Notes under the pieces: model-generated
Database searches by the model: none
What the model saw: only the letters and a program-made list of their open reading frames with translations
What the model was told of the DNA's origin: nothing
In this document: piece after piece, positions 1 through 7,503 of the stretch
Layout of the letters: the number at the start of each line of letters is the position of its first letter
Position numbering within the stretch: position 1 is the first letter of the stretch
NCBI GenBank assembly: GCA_025058055.1
Contig: JANXEU010000002.1
Span: forward strand, 23,851 to 47,850
Source of the DNA: Candidatus Calditenuaceae archaeon
GTDB taxonomy: Archaea > Thermoproteota > Nitrososphaeria_A > Caldarchaeales > Calditenuaceae
DNA: 24,000 nucleotides
Direction: 5' to 3'
Translations under genes and position numbers: made by a program

Positions 1-265
1 GCATCGCTCTAAGTGCTAGCGCGTCAAGGCCAGCGTAGTTGAGGACGTAGCCAGACTTCCTACCCGCAGGAGACCAGACGAGTGAAGCATCGTGCAGTTC
101 GCTCAGCAACTTCGCCAAGTACTGCTCGGAGAGTTTCATCGCTCTGGAGACCGATTCTACTCGAGTGAGGGAACCTCTCATGGAATTGCGCTCGATAACC
201 CGGAGGACATTGAAGTGTCTGTCGGAGAGCTCTGATACGGCCCTCAGGATCCTAGCTAGACCCAA
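1..265 (-). CDS. RIO2-type serine kinase, N-terminal winged-helix part (partial, runs off window start)
   Basis: Absent from the supplied ORF track because there is no stop inside the window. Hand translation of the minus strand from 265 gives (L/M)GLARILRAVSELSDRHFNVLRVIERNSMRGSLTRVESVSRAMKLSEQYLAKLLSELHDASLVWSPAGRKSGYVLNYAGLDALALRAM, open to position 1. The GY.L.Y.GLDALAL segment matches the end of the Rio2 N-terminal wHTH as I recall it. There is an in-frame stop at 278-280. The likely start is TTG 265-263, overlapping the ileS 3' end by 14 nt; ATG at 181 or 139 would truncate the wHTH. Start is uncertain. Confidence 0.5.
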   Translation of the reverse strand, partial: MGLARILRAVSELSDRHFNVLRVIERNSMRGSLTRVESVSRAMKLSEQYLAKLLSELHDASLVWSPAGRKSGYVLNYAGLDALALRAM

Positions 266-3200
266 CTTTTTTCCTTCTCATAAGCCCAACAACAAGCTTA
301 ACGTCGTCGATCTGCCACTCTCCCACTCTCTCGAACTCCTCACCGGTCGGCGGTGAACTCATCAAGTCAAGCCTCGTCCTAGTCTCCTCCTCCACGTGTT
401 CGACAAGCGCCCTGAGCCCATCCAGCTTGAGGTGCTCTGAGACGTAAACTCCACAGTCCACCACCTCTGTCAGCTCGAGGTTCATCTCCTTCCTCATCAC
501 CTGCACCCTCCTGATCACCTCATTGGCGAAGGCCATCGACTTGAGAGTCTCGTCGGCCTTCAAGTCTACGTACACGGTCGCGAACCTTCCCTCTGAGGAC
601 TTGAACCAATCGGGAAGTCTCTCAACGACCTGAACGTGCTCCGCCTTTAACACGAAGACGGTGCTGTCTGGAAGACTGAGGACGTACTCGCCGTTGGAGT
701 TCAACGAGTCTATTACTTCTTGCGGCCTTGACGCGCGGAGGGCCGCAATCACGTCGTTCAGCCTTCTGCCCGCTGCAGGACCAAGCTCACTAAGCACGGG
801 CTCGAGTTCCCGCCTTGACTCCTCAAGAGACTCGCTGACGTTTAGCACTTCTACCTTCATGGCGTTGGTCATTCTGGCCAAGTAATCGGAGAGCCGGAGT
901 ATGGCGTCCCTAGCCCTGGGCGAGTTGGGTGATATGACGATCCTCGACACGGGCCACCTGAGCTTGTACCCGGCCTTCTGCCTAGCGTTGAGGGAGGAAG
1001 CGATGACGTCGTCAACCACCTCCATCGCGTCTTCCAGCTCCTGATCGACCTTTTCCTCTTCTACCTTAGGCCACTTCAGGAGGCAGACGCTTTCAGGCAT
1101 CGACTTGGTTCGTATGCGTTGGTAGAGGAACTCGGCGACATAGGGTGCGAATGTTGAGAGCATCACTAGGTACCTCATTATCACGTAGTACATAGCTGCG
1201 TAGGACGCGATCTTCTTCGGAGACCTGCTCTCTTCCCAGAACCTCCTCCTGACCGCCCTGACGTATCTCCTGCTCAGCTCGTCGGTCGCGAATCTCAGAA
1301 GGGCTCTCGCTGCATCCGTTAGCTCGTATCTCTCGACGGAGGCAGTCACAGACCGTATCAGGGAGTTCACCCTTGACACGATCCACCTGTCCTCTGGCTC
1401 GGCGTACCTCAGATACGCGTCGTAGCCCTCCCTCTCCGGGTCGTATCTGTCGAGGTCGAAGTACGTCTTCGCGAAGGAGACCACGTTCCAGAAGACGTTG
1501 AGGTTTGACTGTACCTGCTTGATCTCCTCTGGGTCGAAGTTCATCGACTCCCAGACCTGAGACTTGGTGAGCAGATAGAGGCGTAGGTTATCGACACCGA
1601 ACCTCTCGAATGACTCGTTGGCCCAGATTACGTTTCCCTTGCTCTTCGACATCTTCTTGCCCTCCTTGTCGAGCACGTGGCTCTGAGTGAGAACCGACTT
1701 GAAGGGCGACCTTCCGAAGAGGAGGGCTGATGTGAAGAGGAGCGTGTAGAACCAACCTCGCGTCTGATCGATGGCTTCCGTGATGAAGTCATACGGGAAG
1801 AGCCTGTTGAAGAGGTGAGGGCTCGAGAGGTAGTCGATGCTAGCGAAGTGCGCGACTCCTGAATCGAGCCAAGTGTCGAGCACAAAGGGTTCCCTCTTCA
1901 TCATGCCACCGCACTTCCCGCATCGGAAGACTACCACATCGATCCAAGGCCTGTGAAGTCTCAGCTCTTTTGGCAGCTCGATGGCCTCCCTTTCGGTCTC
2001 AGCTCTCGACCCTACTACCCTTCTGGAACCGCAAGACTCACAGGTCCATACGTTCAGAGGCGTCCCCCATATCTTGGTCCGAGAGATGCACCAGTCCTCT
2101 GCGTTCTCGAGCCACTCTCTGAACCGCGCTGACCCGGCCCACGCCGGAACCCACTTTATCCTGCCGTTCTCCTCTAGCATGAGCCTCTTTATCCTGTCGA
2201 CCCGAAGGAACCACTGCCTGCTCGCGAGGTAAACGAGGGGCGTTCCGCACCTCCAGCAGTGAGGGTAGTTGTGGACCACGACGCCCCTGTGCAGCAGAAG
2301 TCCCTTGCTGGAGAGGAGATCGATGATCTCGTTCGCGGCCTCCCTGTGATCCTTACCTGAGAAGCGCCCCACCTCCTCCGTGAAGAGACCGTTAGTCGCG
2401 ATGGGACAAAAGACAGGCAATCCGTACCTCTTACCCAGCTCGAAGTCTTCGGGACCGTGACCTGGCGCGATGTGTACCAACCCAGTCCCCTCCTCCATCG
2501 ACACGAAATCCGCTGAGACGATCGCGTGAGCCGGATGAGAGTGCTGCTCGTGGACCCTCACTTCCTCCATGAACGGATGTCTGTATCTAAGGCCCTCCAG
2601 CTCGGATCCCGGCAATCTCTTTACGATCTCGACGAGCTCAAGACCCGCGTTCGCCCTGACTTGCTCCAGTAACTTCTCCGCAACGATCAGGTTTCCGCGG
2701 CTGGTCCTGACCTCGACGTAACTCTCTTCCCCGCTCACGGCGATTGCTTCATTGGCTAACAGAGTCCACGGCGTCGTGGTCCAGATGACGGCGTAGGTCT
2801 CTGTCCTCTCAACGATGGGGAAGAGCACGTAGAGCGAGTAGTCCTCTACCTCCTCGTATCCCTGAGAGACTTCGTGTGAGGACAGGGGCGTCTCGCACCG
2901 GGGACAGAAGGGAACCACCTTGTAGCTGGCTACGAGGTCTCCATCGTCGTGAGCCTTCTTCAAAAGGTACCAGACGTGTTCCATGTAACGCTCGTTCCTA
3001 GTCTCGTAGGCCAAGTCGTAGTCGAGCCATAGACCTAACCTCTCAGAGTCACTCCTCCAATGGTGAATGTAGTGGTCGACCAGTTTGTTGGCCTCCTCGA
3101 CGAACCTCTCCATTCCGACGACCTCGACGTCCTTCTTCGACCTTATGCCGAGCAGCTTCTCGACCTCCAGTTCTGTCGGAAGGCCCTGACAGTCCCATCC

Positions 3201-3446
3201 TGCCCTCCTCCAGACGTGGAAACCCTGCATGGTCTTGAACCTGAGAACGACGTCCTTGCAGACCCTGCCTCTCACGTGGCCGACGTGCATGTACCCGTTG
3301 ACCGTAGGAGGTCCCTCTAGGAAAGAGAAGATGGGCCCTCCTTTGTTGTGCTCGACGAACTTCCTCGGGATGTCGTGCTCCCTCCAGAACCGAGCAACCT
3401 CCTCCTCGACCTTTGAGGGTTCGTATATCGGCGGAAGCGCGTACAT
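252..3446 (-). CDS. ileS: Isoleucyl-tRNA synthetase
   Basis: 1064-aa ORF with N-terminal FSFLEGPPTVNGYMHVGHVRGR (class I HIGH-type motif), WTTTPWTLLANEA (editing domain) and KMSKSKGNV. Several CxxC zinc-knuckle pairs are present (CPRCETP, CWRCGTP, CESCG, CGKCGG). Length is typical of archaeal IleRS. Confidence 0.95.
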   Translation of the reverse strand: MYALPPIYEPSKVEEEVARFWREHDIPRKFVEHNKGGPIFSFLEGPPTVNGYMHVGHVRGRVCKDVVLRFKTMQGFHVWRRAGWDCQGLPTELEVEKLLGIRSKKDVEVVGMERFVEEANKLVDHYIHHWRSDSERLGLWLDYDLAYETRNERYMEHVWYLLKKAHDDGDLVASYKVVPFCPRCETPLSSHEVSQGYEEVEDYSLYVLFPIVERTETYAVIWTTTPWTLLANEAIAVSGEESYVEVRTSRGNLIVAEKLLEQVRANAGLELVEIVKRLPGSELEGLRYRHPFMEEVRVHEQHSHPAHAIVSADFVSMEEGTGLVHIAPGHGPEDFELGKRYGLPVFCPIATNGLFTEEVGRFSGKDHREAANEIIDLLSSKGLLLHRGVVVHNYPHCWRCGTPLVYLASRQWFLRVDRIKRLMLEENGRIKWVPAWAGSARFREWLENAEDWCISRTKIWGTPLNVWTCESCGSRRVVGSRAETEREAIELPKELRLHRPWIDVVVFRCGKCGGMMKREPFVLDTWLDSGVAHFASIDYLSSPHLFNRLFPYDFITEAIDQTRGWFYTLLFTSALLFGRSPFKSVLTQSHVLDKEGKKMSKSKGNVIWANESFERFGVDNLRLYLLTKSQVWESMNFDPEEIKQVQSNLNVFWNVVSFAKTYFDLDRYDPEREGYDAYLRYAEPEDRWIVSRVNSLIRSVTASVERYELTDAARALLRFATDELSRRYVRAVRRRFWEESRSPKKIASYAAMYYVIMRYLVMLSTFAPYVAEFLYQRIRTKSMPESVCLLKWPKVEEEKVDQELEDAMEVVDDVIASSLNARQKAGYKLRWPVSRIVISPNSPRARDAILRLSDYLARMTNAMKVEVLNVSESLEESRRELEPVLSELGPAAGRRLNDVIAALRASRPQEVIDSLNSNGEYVLSLPDSTVFVLKAEHVQVVERLPDWFKSSEGRFATVYVDLKADETLKSMAFANEVIRRVQVMRKEMNLELTEVVDCGVYVSEHLKLDGLRALVEHVEEETRTRLDLMSSPPTGEEFERVGEWQIDDVKLVVGLMRRKKVGSS

Positions 3447-3474
3447 ATCCTGCCAATCAATTTACGGCTGAGTT

Positions 3475-3486
3475 CTTTTATTTTTT
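3475..3486 (-). promoter_or_regulatory. TATA-like A/T box upstream of ileS
   Basis: The minus strand reads AAAAAATAAAAG about 30-40 nt upstream of the ileS ATG (3446). The spacing fits a leaderless or short-leader archaeal promoter. Sequence-only guess. Confidence 0.3.
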
Positions 3487-3738
3487 CCTTGACTTCGTGA
3501 AACGGCCAGCCCTCGTTTACGGCCCCTTTCATCAAACCTTCGAACACAAGTCCGATTGTTGCTCACTGTCTGGCCGTGTTATCACCCTATCACGCTCAGC
3601 CTCTCATCCAACGCGCTGACCTTCGTCTCTTTCAGGAATTAAGGCTAATAGGACGGCATGGGCTCGTTGTGACGAGAACGAACAGCGGGGGTAGCCAAGC
3701 CTGGTCAAAGGCGCAGGGTTGAGGGCCCTGTCCCGTAG

Positions 3739-3759
3739 GCCGAGTTGAAAAGGGCGGTC
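3739..3759 (+). other. Non-canonical tRNA intron (variable arm) with BHB-like motif
   Basis: Removal gives the variable arm UCCCGUAGGGGUUC and an 85-nt tRNA. A 4-bp helix C3733-U3736:G3754-G3757 is flanked by 3-nt bulges AGG (3737-3739) and UCG (3758-3760). Cutting after the 2nd nt of each bulge gives this 21-nt intron. Boundaries are ambiguous by 1 nt (G run). Confidence 0.55.
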
Positions 3760-3761
3760 GG

Positions 3762-3790
3762 GTTCGTGGGTTCGAATCCCACCCCCCGCA
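3762..3790 (+). repeat. Left copy of 29-bp direct repeat (putative attL core, tRNA-Leu 3' end)
   Basis: GTTCGTGGGTTCGAATCCCACCCCCCGCA is identical to 8141-8169. Flanking bases differ on both sides. Confidence 0.9.
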
Positions 3791-4051
3791 ATTGAAGAGA
3801 AGATGCTGTTTATTCGGTCATGTCGATTGGGCGGTGAATTTAAGGCGTGTTTCAGTGGAAATGGCTTTTGAGTGTCTCCTCGCTGCGAAGCGGCAGACGG
3901 ATTCCTAATGGGGTGAAGGATTTTTGATGCGATAAGGTGCTTTCGTTGTTGGAGGCGGTAAAGTCGTCTAGGTTGGAAGTTTAGCTGAGAAGCTAAAGGG
4001 GCTATTCATGGATGTTAAAATGTTATTTTGAAGACACCGTCTACGTCTAAC

Positions 4052-4165
4052 ATGACCAAGCGTGTAGTCATAGTAATAGTAGCCATCATAATTTCAATAG
4101 TTTTATCATCGTTGTACATCACACTTAATCCTACATGTGTCACTAGGACCGAGTACCTAATTTAG
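4052..4165 (+). CDS. Hypothetical 37-aa single-pass membrane peptide
   Basis: The ATG ORF reads MTKRVVIVIVAIIISIVLSSLYITLNPTCVTRTEYLI, with a hydrophobic core after a KR N-terminus. It is below the ORF-track size cutoff and there is no further support. Confidence 0.2.
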   Translation: MTKRVVIVIVAIIISIVLSSLYITLNPTCVTRTEYLI

Positions 4166-4176
4166 AGACATGTCGT

Positions 4177-4374
4177 TTGAGAACTGCTCTTTACGGCGTC
4201 TGTGTGATCACGTTCCATGTTCAGGGACTATCTATGGATTGGCAAGACCGTGTGGACTTGGATAAGCATAGGGAATTTGAAACCATCCTTAACAGTCTGG
4301 CGGAGGCGGGCGAGTTTGAGTTTATGACTATGAGTTCATACTACATGCGCCGGCCAGCAGCAGCCAATCCGTGA
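4177..4374 (+). CDS. Hypothetical small protein (ATG at 4234 more likely, 46 aa)
   Basis: ORF-track entry. The acidic segment DWQDRVDLDKHREFETILNSLAEAGEFEF resembles no family I recognise. Confidence 0.2.
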   Translation: MRTALYGVCVITFHVQGLSMDWQDRVDLDKHREFETILNSLAEAGEFEFMTMSSYYMRRPAAANP

Positions 4375-4425
4375 AAAGCGAGAGCTGGATAGGTTTAACA
4401 TCGGGTCGTAGGCTGATTGTTTAGG

Positions 4426-4974
4426 ATGTTGTCGGGTAAGCAGAGAGAATGGCTGCTTAAGCTTTTGAAGCATCGGAGCCGTTTAACATGTGTTGAATGG
4501 GCGGAGGTCGAGTCTGTTTTGAAGGAGAATTACGAGAAGCTGTCTTCTCTGTATGAGATGGAGAGGACGGGGGGCGAGCCTGCATTAGTTGCTTACGATG
4601 AGGGGGCTGGGCAGCTTGTTTTCATGGATTGTTCGCCCGAGAGCCCGGCTGGTCGTAGAGGGCTGTGCTACGACCGTGAGGCGATGGCTCTCCGCATCAA
4701 GAAAGGTGTGCATCCGAAGGGGAACGTTGTGGACATGGCGGCTGAGATGGGGGTTGAGGTTTTGACGGAGGAACAGTACAGATGGCTGCAGACCGTCGGC
4801 GAGTTTGACACACGCACGTCCAGCTGGCTGAATACACCCGACAATGTTAGAAAACATGGCGGCGCCATATTCGCTGAACGACGGTACAACACGGTTTTCG
4901 TATGTGCAAACAGTGCTCAATCTTTTTACAGCAGCCGAGGATTCCGAGCGGTTCTCAAAGTACCAATAAGCTAA
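4426..4974 (+). CDS. DUF4256-like protein
   Basis: The ORF track starts at TTG 4417; ATG at 4426 is more likely. Segments EMERTGGEP, CSPESPAGRRGLCYDREA, VDMAAEMGVEVLTEEQYRWLQ..GEFDT.TSSWL.TP...R.HGGA.F..RRY..VFV..N.A.S.Y..RGFR match my recollection of the mostly bacterial DUF4256 family. Needs an HMM check. Confidence 0.7.
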   Translation: MLSGKQREWLLKLLKHRSRLTCVEWAEVESVLKENYEKLSSLYEMERTGGEPALVAYDEGAGQLVFMDCSPESPAGRRGLCYDREAMALRIKKGVHPKGNVVDMAAEMGVEVLTEEQYRWLQTVGEFDTRTSSWLNTPDNVRKHGGAIFAERRYNTVFVCANSAQSFYSSRGFRAVLKVPIS

Positions 4975-5020
4975 TCGACAGCGGACAAAATCATTCTCAG
5001 ACAAGGCTGCGACCTTTACT

Positions 5021-5408
5021 TTAGAACCGCATGCAGGCCTTCACCGTTAGCCGCGCCTTGTTTAAAATCTCCGTGGCCCGATCTCTGCCAAAGGCCCTGC
5101 TGGCAGATATCCGCTCTCTTTCATAGCCGTAAAACGTTGGCCCACGAATACTTGCGGGTTCTGTCAGAAGCTTCCGCATCTCCATCAGCATTTCTCTCAA
5201 ATAGTCGGGCAGCATCAACCACCACCAGAACGTCTATGTCGCTTTCAGGCCCCGCCCTACTCGTGGCGACAGAGCCGAACACGCAGACAGACCTCAGCCT
5301 CTCGCCAAAACGTGTCTGCAGCAGCTGGAAGTGGTCGTCAACTAACTCAAGATACTCCCGTTGAATTTTCTCCAAGTAAACGGGCTCGCTCAGTGCCGAG
5401 TTGAACAA
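5021..5408 (-). pseudogene. Minimal nucleotidyltransferase (MNT / pol-beta superfamily), apparently frameshifted
   Basis: ORF 5121-5408 carries the GS-x10-DxD motif (FGSVATSRAGPESDIDVLVVVD, nt 5232-5276). Just after VVVD, around 5210-5218 in a GGTGGTGGTT run, the plausible continuation LPDYLREMLMEMRKLL... shifts into the overlapping ORF 5021-5218. A single joined product would be about 128 aa. Confidence 0.55.
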
Positions 5409-5426
5409 AATATGCTAACACGGCTA

Positions 5427-7061
5427 TTAATCACTTCTGTTCAGAATTTCTCTAAGTTTTCTTTTAACGTAGGCTGGGCTTGTTTCAGCGTATTCAGCGA
5501 TTTTAACCGGGTCTGTTTCACCCTTTTCCAGTAGATATTCGATGGCTTTGTCCACAGCTGTTTTACGCACGAGGTTTACGATTTTTCGAGGCGTTCTAAT
5601 TGCGTAGTTTTTCTCGAGCATGTCTAAGTTGTCGAGGATGGTGAATGATTTTTCCGCTTGAATTTCTTTCGGCAGGTTATGAATTTCCTCTATTATTTTC
5701 TTCCAGTCGACTCCGTGCCTTCGGATTGTTTCGGCTGCATCGCCTATGTCTCTTTCCCTTGACGTCAAAAGTTTTAGAAAAACAACGTCGTTGAGGTCTA
5801 GGAGCATCAGCTTAAGTTTACCGAGAGCGATCCCGAAAGTAGCTCGGTCCAGAATTTTTTGTGAAACCTTCACTCTCGCCACCTCTTCCGTGAAAACGTC
5901 TACCCTCATTAAAGTCGGGTGTATGAAGATGTTGCTCGGGTTTGCTCTAAGGTCTCCCTGCGTCCATTCTGCTGTTTTTCGAAACCCTGCAGCTGTTAGT
6001 GCCTTCTCAACTGTTTGGTAGTCTTCTCTGCTCCTGACCAAGATGTCTATGTCTTTCGTCGACGGCTTTATGCCCCTGATGACCATATTTATTCCACCTA
6101 AAAGGTAAACGGTGGTTTCACGTTCAACCTCTCTAGCCCATTTTTCTATGTTGGACATTATTTCGTCTGAGGGGAGTGATGGATGGGCCTTGATTCCGTA
6201 CTGTGAGCAGAGGTCTCTGAACTCGTTCCATGGAAGGAAAATGTCGGGGTTCGCTACTGGAAGACCTTCTACGTAGCTCTCTAAATCAAGCAGAACGCTA
6301 ATCACAGGTGTTTTCTTTGCTATCTTTCTTGCTCTTAGCAGGTCTATGTTTGTTCTGTTGGCCATGTAGAACACGGCGCACATGGTTCTTTCCTGCTTAG
6401 TCCTCGATGAGAGAAGTGCGTGGACCAATACTTCTTCACGGCCTATTCTGTCAGCGGGGTAAGCATAGTAGTCTCGGTCTGTGATGTACAGGACTCCGTA
6501 ATCTTTGAAACGGGAAAAAGCCGTCAACTCGCCTTTCGCAAGCATGCCTCGTGGAACTGATTTGATGATGAAACCATTCGAAAAGAGGACAACTGCTTCT
6601 GGTTCGACGGCTTCCTGCCATTTTATCATCCTGAGTAAAGTAATTAAAAGACGGATGGTTTCGTCTTCAACTACATGATATCGATGGTTGATTTTCTTCA
6701 CGACACCTACTTCCATGAGACCGATGAGTGTTTTCCATACTGTTCTTCTGGACAACTCTGTGTTTTGGATTAGTTCTTCAAGATTTTTTGGTGTGAAAAG
6801 AGCGTATAGAACGTCAGGTGCGGCTCCCTTCAGAATCTTCGTCACGTCATACTGCTGTGCTACTTGTTGGAGCACTTTACCAACCGGGTTCCCACTAATC
6901 ATGTATAAGTTGCCCGCTTTTTCCGCAAGACCCATTTTCATCAGTGATTTTACGACCAAGTAAGCGTGTGGTTTGCTTATACCAAGCCTTAACCCTAGCT
7001 GATCCACGGTCATCGGGCCCCCTAACAAAACCTTGACCGCTCTAGCTTCTGTGCTATTCAT
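5427..7061 (-). CDS. Multi-domain wHTH / nucleotidyltransferase-fold fusion protein (AbiE-like architecture, uncharacterised)
   Basis: 544 aa. Residues ~1-60 and ~85-135 are winged-helix-like (PMTVDQLGLRLGISKPHAYLVVKSLMKMGL; LEELIQNTELSRRTVWKTLIGLMEVGVV). Residues ~150-300 form a domain of unknown type. Residues ~315-445 form an NTase fold with LLGGINMVIRGIKPSTKDIDILV (nt 6039-6098), a later RVDVF acidic residue and LLTSRERDIGD. Residues ~490-544 form a terminal helical/HTH-like tail. Low GC. It ends 18 nt upstream of the MNT gene start. Confidence 0.8.
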   Translation of the reverse strand: MNSTEARAVKVLLGGPMTVDQLGLRLGISKPHAYLVVKSLMKMGLAEKAGNLYMISGNPVGKVLQQVAQQYDVTKILKGAAPDVLYALFTPKNLEELIQNTELSRRTVWKTLIGLMEVGVVKKINHRYHVVEDETIRLLITLLRMIKWQEAVEPEAVVLFSNGFIIKSVPRGMLAKGELTAFSRFKDYGVLYITDRDYYAYPADRIGREEVLVHALLSSRTKQERTMCAVFYMANRTNIDLLRARKIAKKTPVISVLLDLESYVEGLPVANPDIFLPWNEFRDLCSQYGIKAHPSLPSDEIMSNIEKWAREVERETTVYLLGGINMVIRGIKPSTKDIDILVRSREDYQTVEKALTAAGFRKTAEWTQGDLRANPSNIFIHPTLMRVDVFTEEVARVKVSQKILDRATFGIALGKLKLMLLDLNDVVFLKLLTSRERDIGDAAETIRRHGVDWKKIIEEIHNLPKEIQAEKSFTILDNLDMLEKNYAIRTPRKIVNLVRKTAVDKAIEYLLEKGETDPVKIAEYAETSPAYVKRKLREILNRSD

Positions 7062-7087
7062 CAGTCTAGTTTACTTAGATAATATGA

Positions 7088-7098
7088 CTTTATATAGT
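7088..7098 (-). promoter_or_regulatory. TATA box of the 544-aa gene
   Basis: The minus strand reads TATATAAAG about 27-37 nt upstream of the ATG at 7061. Confidence 0.4.
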
Positions 7099-7232
7099 TG
7101 TCTTATGTAAGTAAATTTTTTGGCACCGCTTCGGCTGCTAAGCTTGATAAAAGGCTGGCGCATATTTAGTCAAGGTTGAGGTTTTTAAGCCGGGTAGGAA
7201 AGCTTTGAAGCTTTACTTAGTTTATCTGTTGG

Positions 7233-7448
7233 TTGTTTTTGGCTCCGCTTGTCGTTTTTGGTTCCGTGGTTTCATGGGTTGTCTACGTTAATGCGCCGGA
7301 ACTTCTGCTGGTACTGTTGGCTGTCATTTTCGCTACTCTAACTGCTGTGGCGTTGCTCTACGTTTACTGGACCTTTAACTACGTCAAGTCGCTTGTATAC
7401 GAGCTGAACGATGAGGATGTTGTCATGCATGGTGTTCGTCGTCGATGA
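7233..7448 (+). pseudogene. Truncated two-TM membrane protein (possible bPH_2/DUF304-type N-terminus)
   Basis: 71 aa from a TTG start. Two hydrophobic helices are followed by YVKSLVYELNDEDVVMHGV, which resembles the beginning of a membrane-flanked bacterial PH domain. The ORF then stops abruptly. The family call is weak. Confidence 0.3.
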
Positions 7449-7503
7449 TTAACCACGACGGGATCACTGCGAATGTCTTTCTATGATGTCCGTGGATGCT
7501 GTG

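Larger units (their letters stand above)
3685..3790 (+). tRNA. tRNA-Leu(GAG) with a ~21-nt intron in the variable arm
   Basis: Acceptor GCGGGGG (3685-3691) pairs with CCCCCGC (3783-3789), discriminator A3790. D arm is GCC/GGC with a long loop. Anticodon stem is CAGGG (3714-3718)/CCCTG (3726-3730) with loop TTGAGGG, anticodon GAG at 3721-3723. T arm is GTGGG-TTCGAAT-CCCAC (3766-3782). The variable region 3731-3765 is 35 nt, too long unless an intron is removed. No CCA is encoded. Confidence 0.85.

Noticed and set aside
165-356. 63-aa plus-strand ORF from the track
   Set aside because: It lies antisense to the better-supported Rio2-like N-terminus and the ileS 3' end. It has no recognisable motifs.
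661-3471. Multiple 60-135-aa ORFs on both strands inside ileS (661-885, 1093-1386, 1628-1885, 1981-2232, 2038-2250, 3049-3456, 3060-3320, 3229-3471)
   Set aside because: These are shadow ORFs typical of GC-rich DNA, with low-complexity Arg/Ser/Pro-rich translations. They are fully nested in a strongly supported 1064-aa gene.
3317-3547. 76-aa minus-strand ORF starting upstream of ileS (MFEGLMKGAVNEGWPFHEVKEKIKEL...)
   Set aside because: Only the first ~33 codons lie outside ileS. The rest runs out of frame through the ileS N-terminus with a low-complexity translation, and it would sit on top of the ileS TATA-like box.
4585-5004. 139-aa and 74-aa minus-strand ORFs
   Set aside because: They are antisense to the DUF4256-like gene, which has clear family-like blocks. 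They show no motifs.
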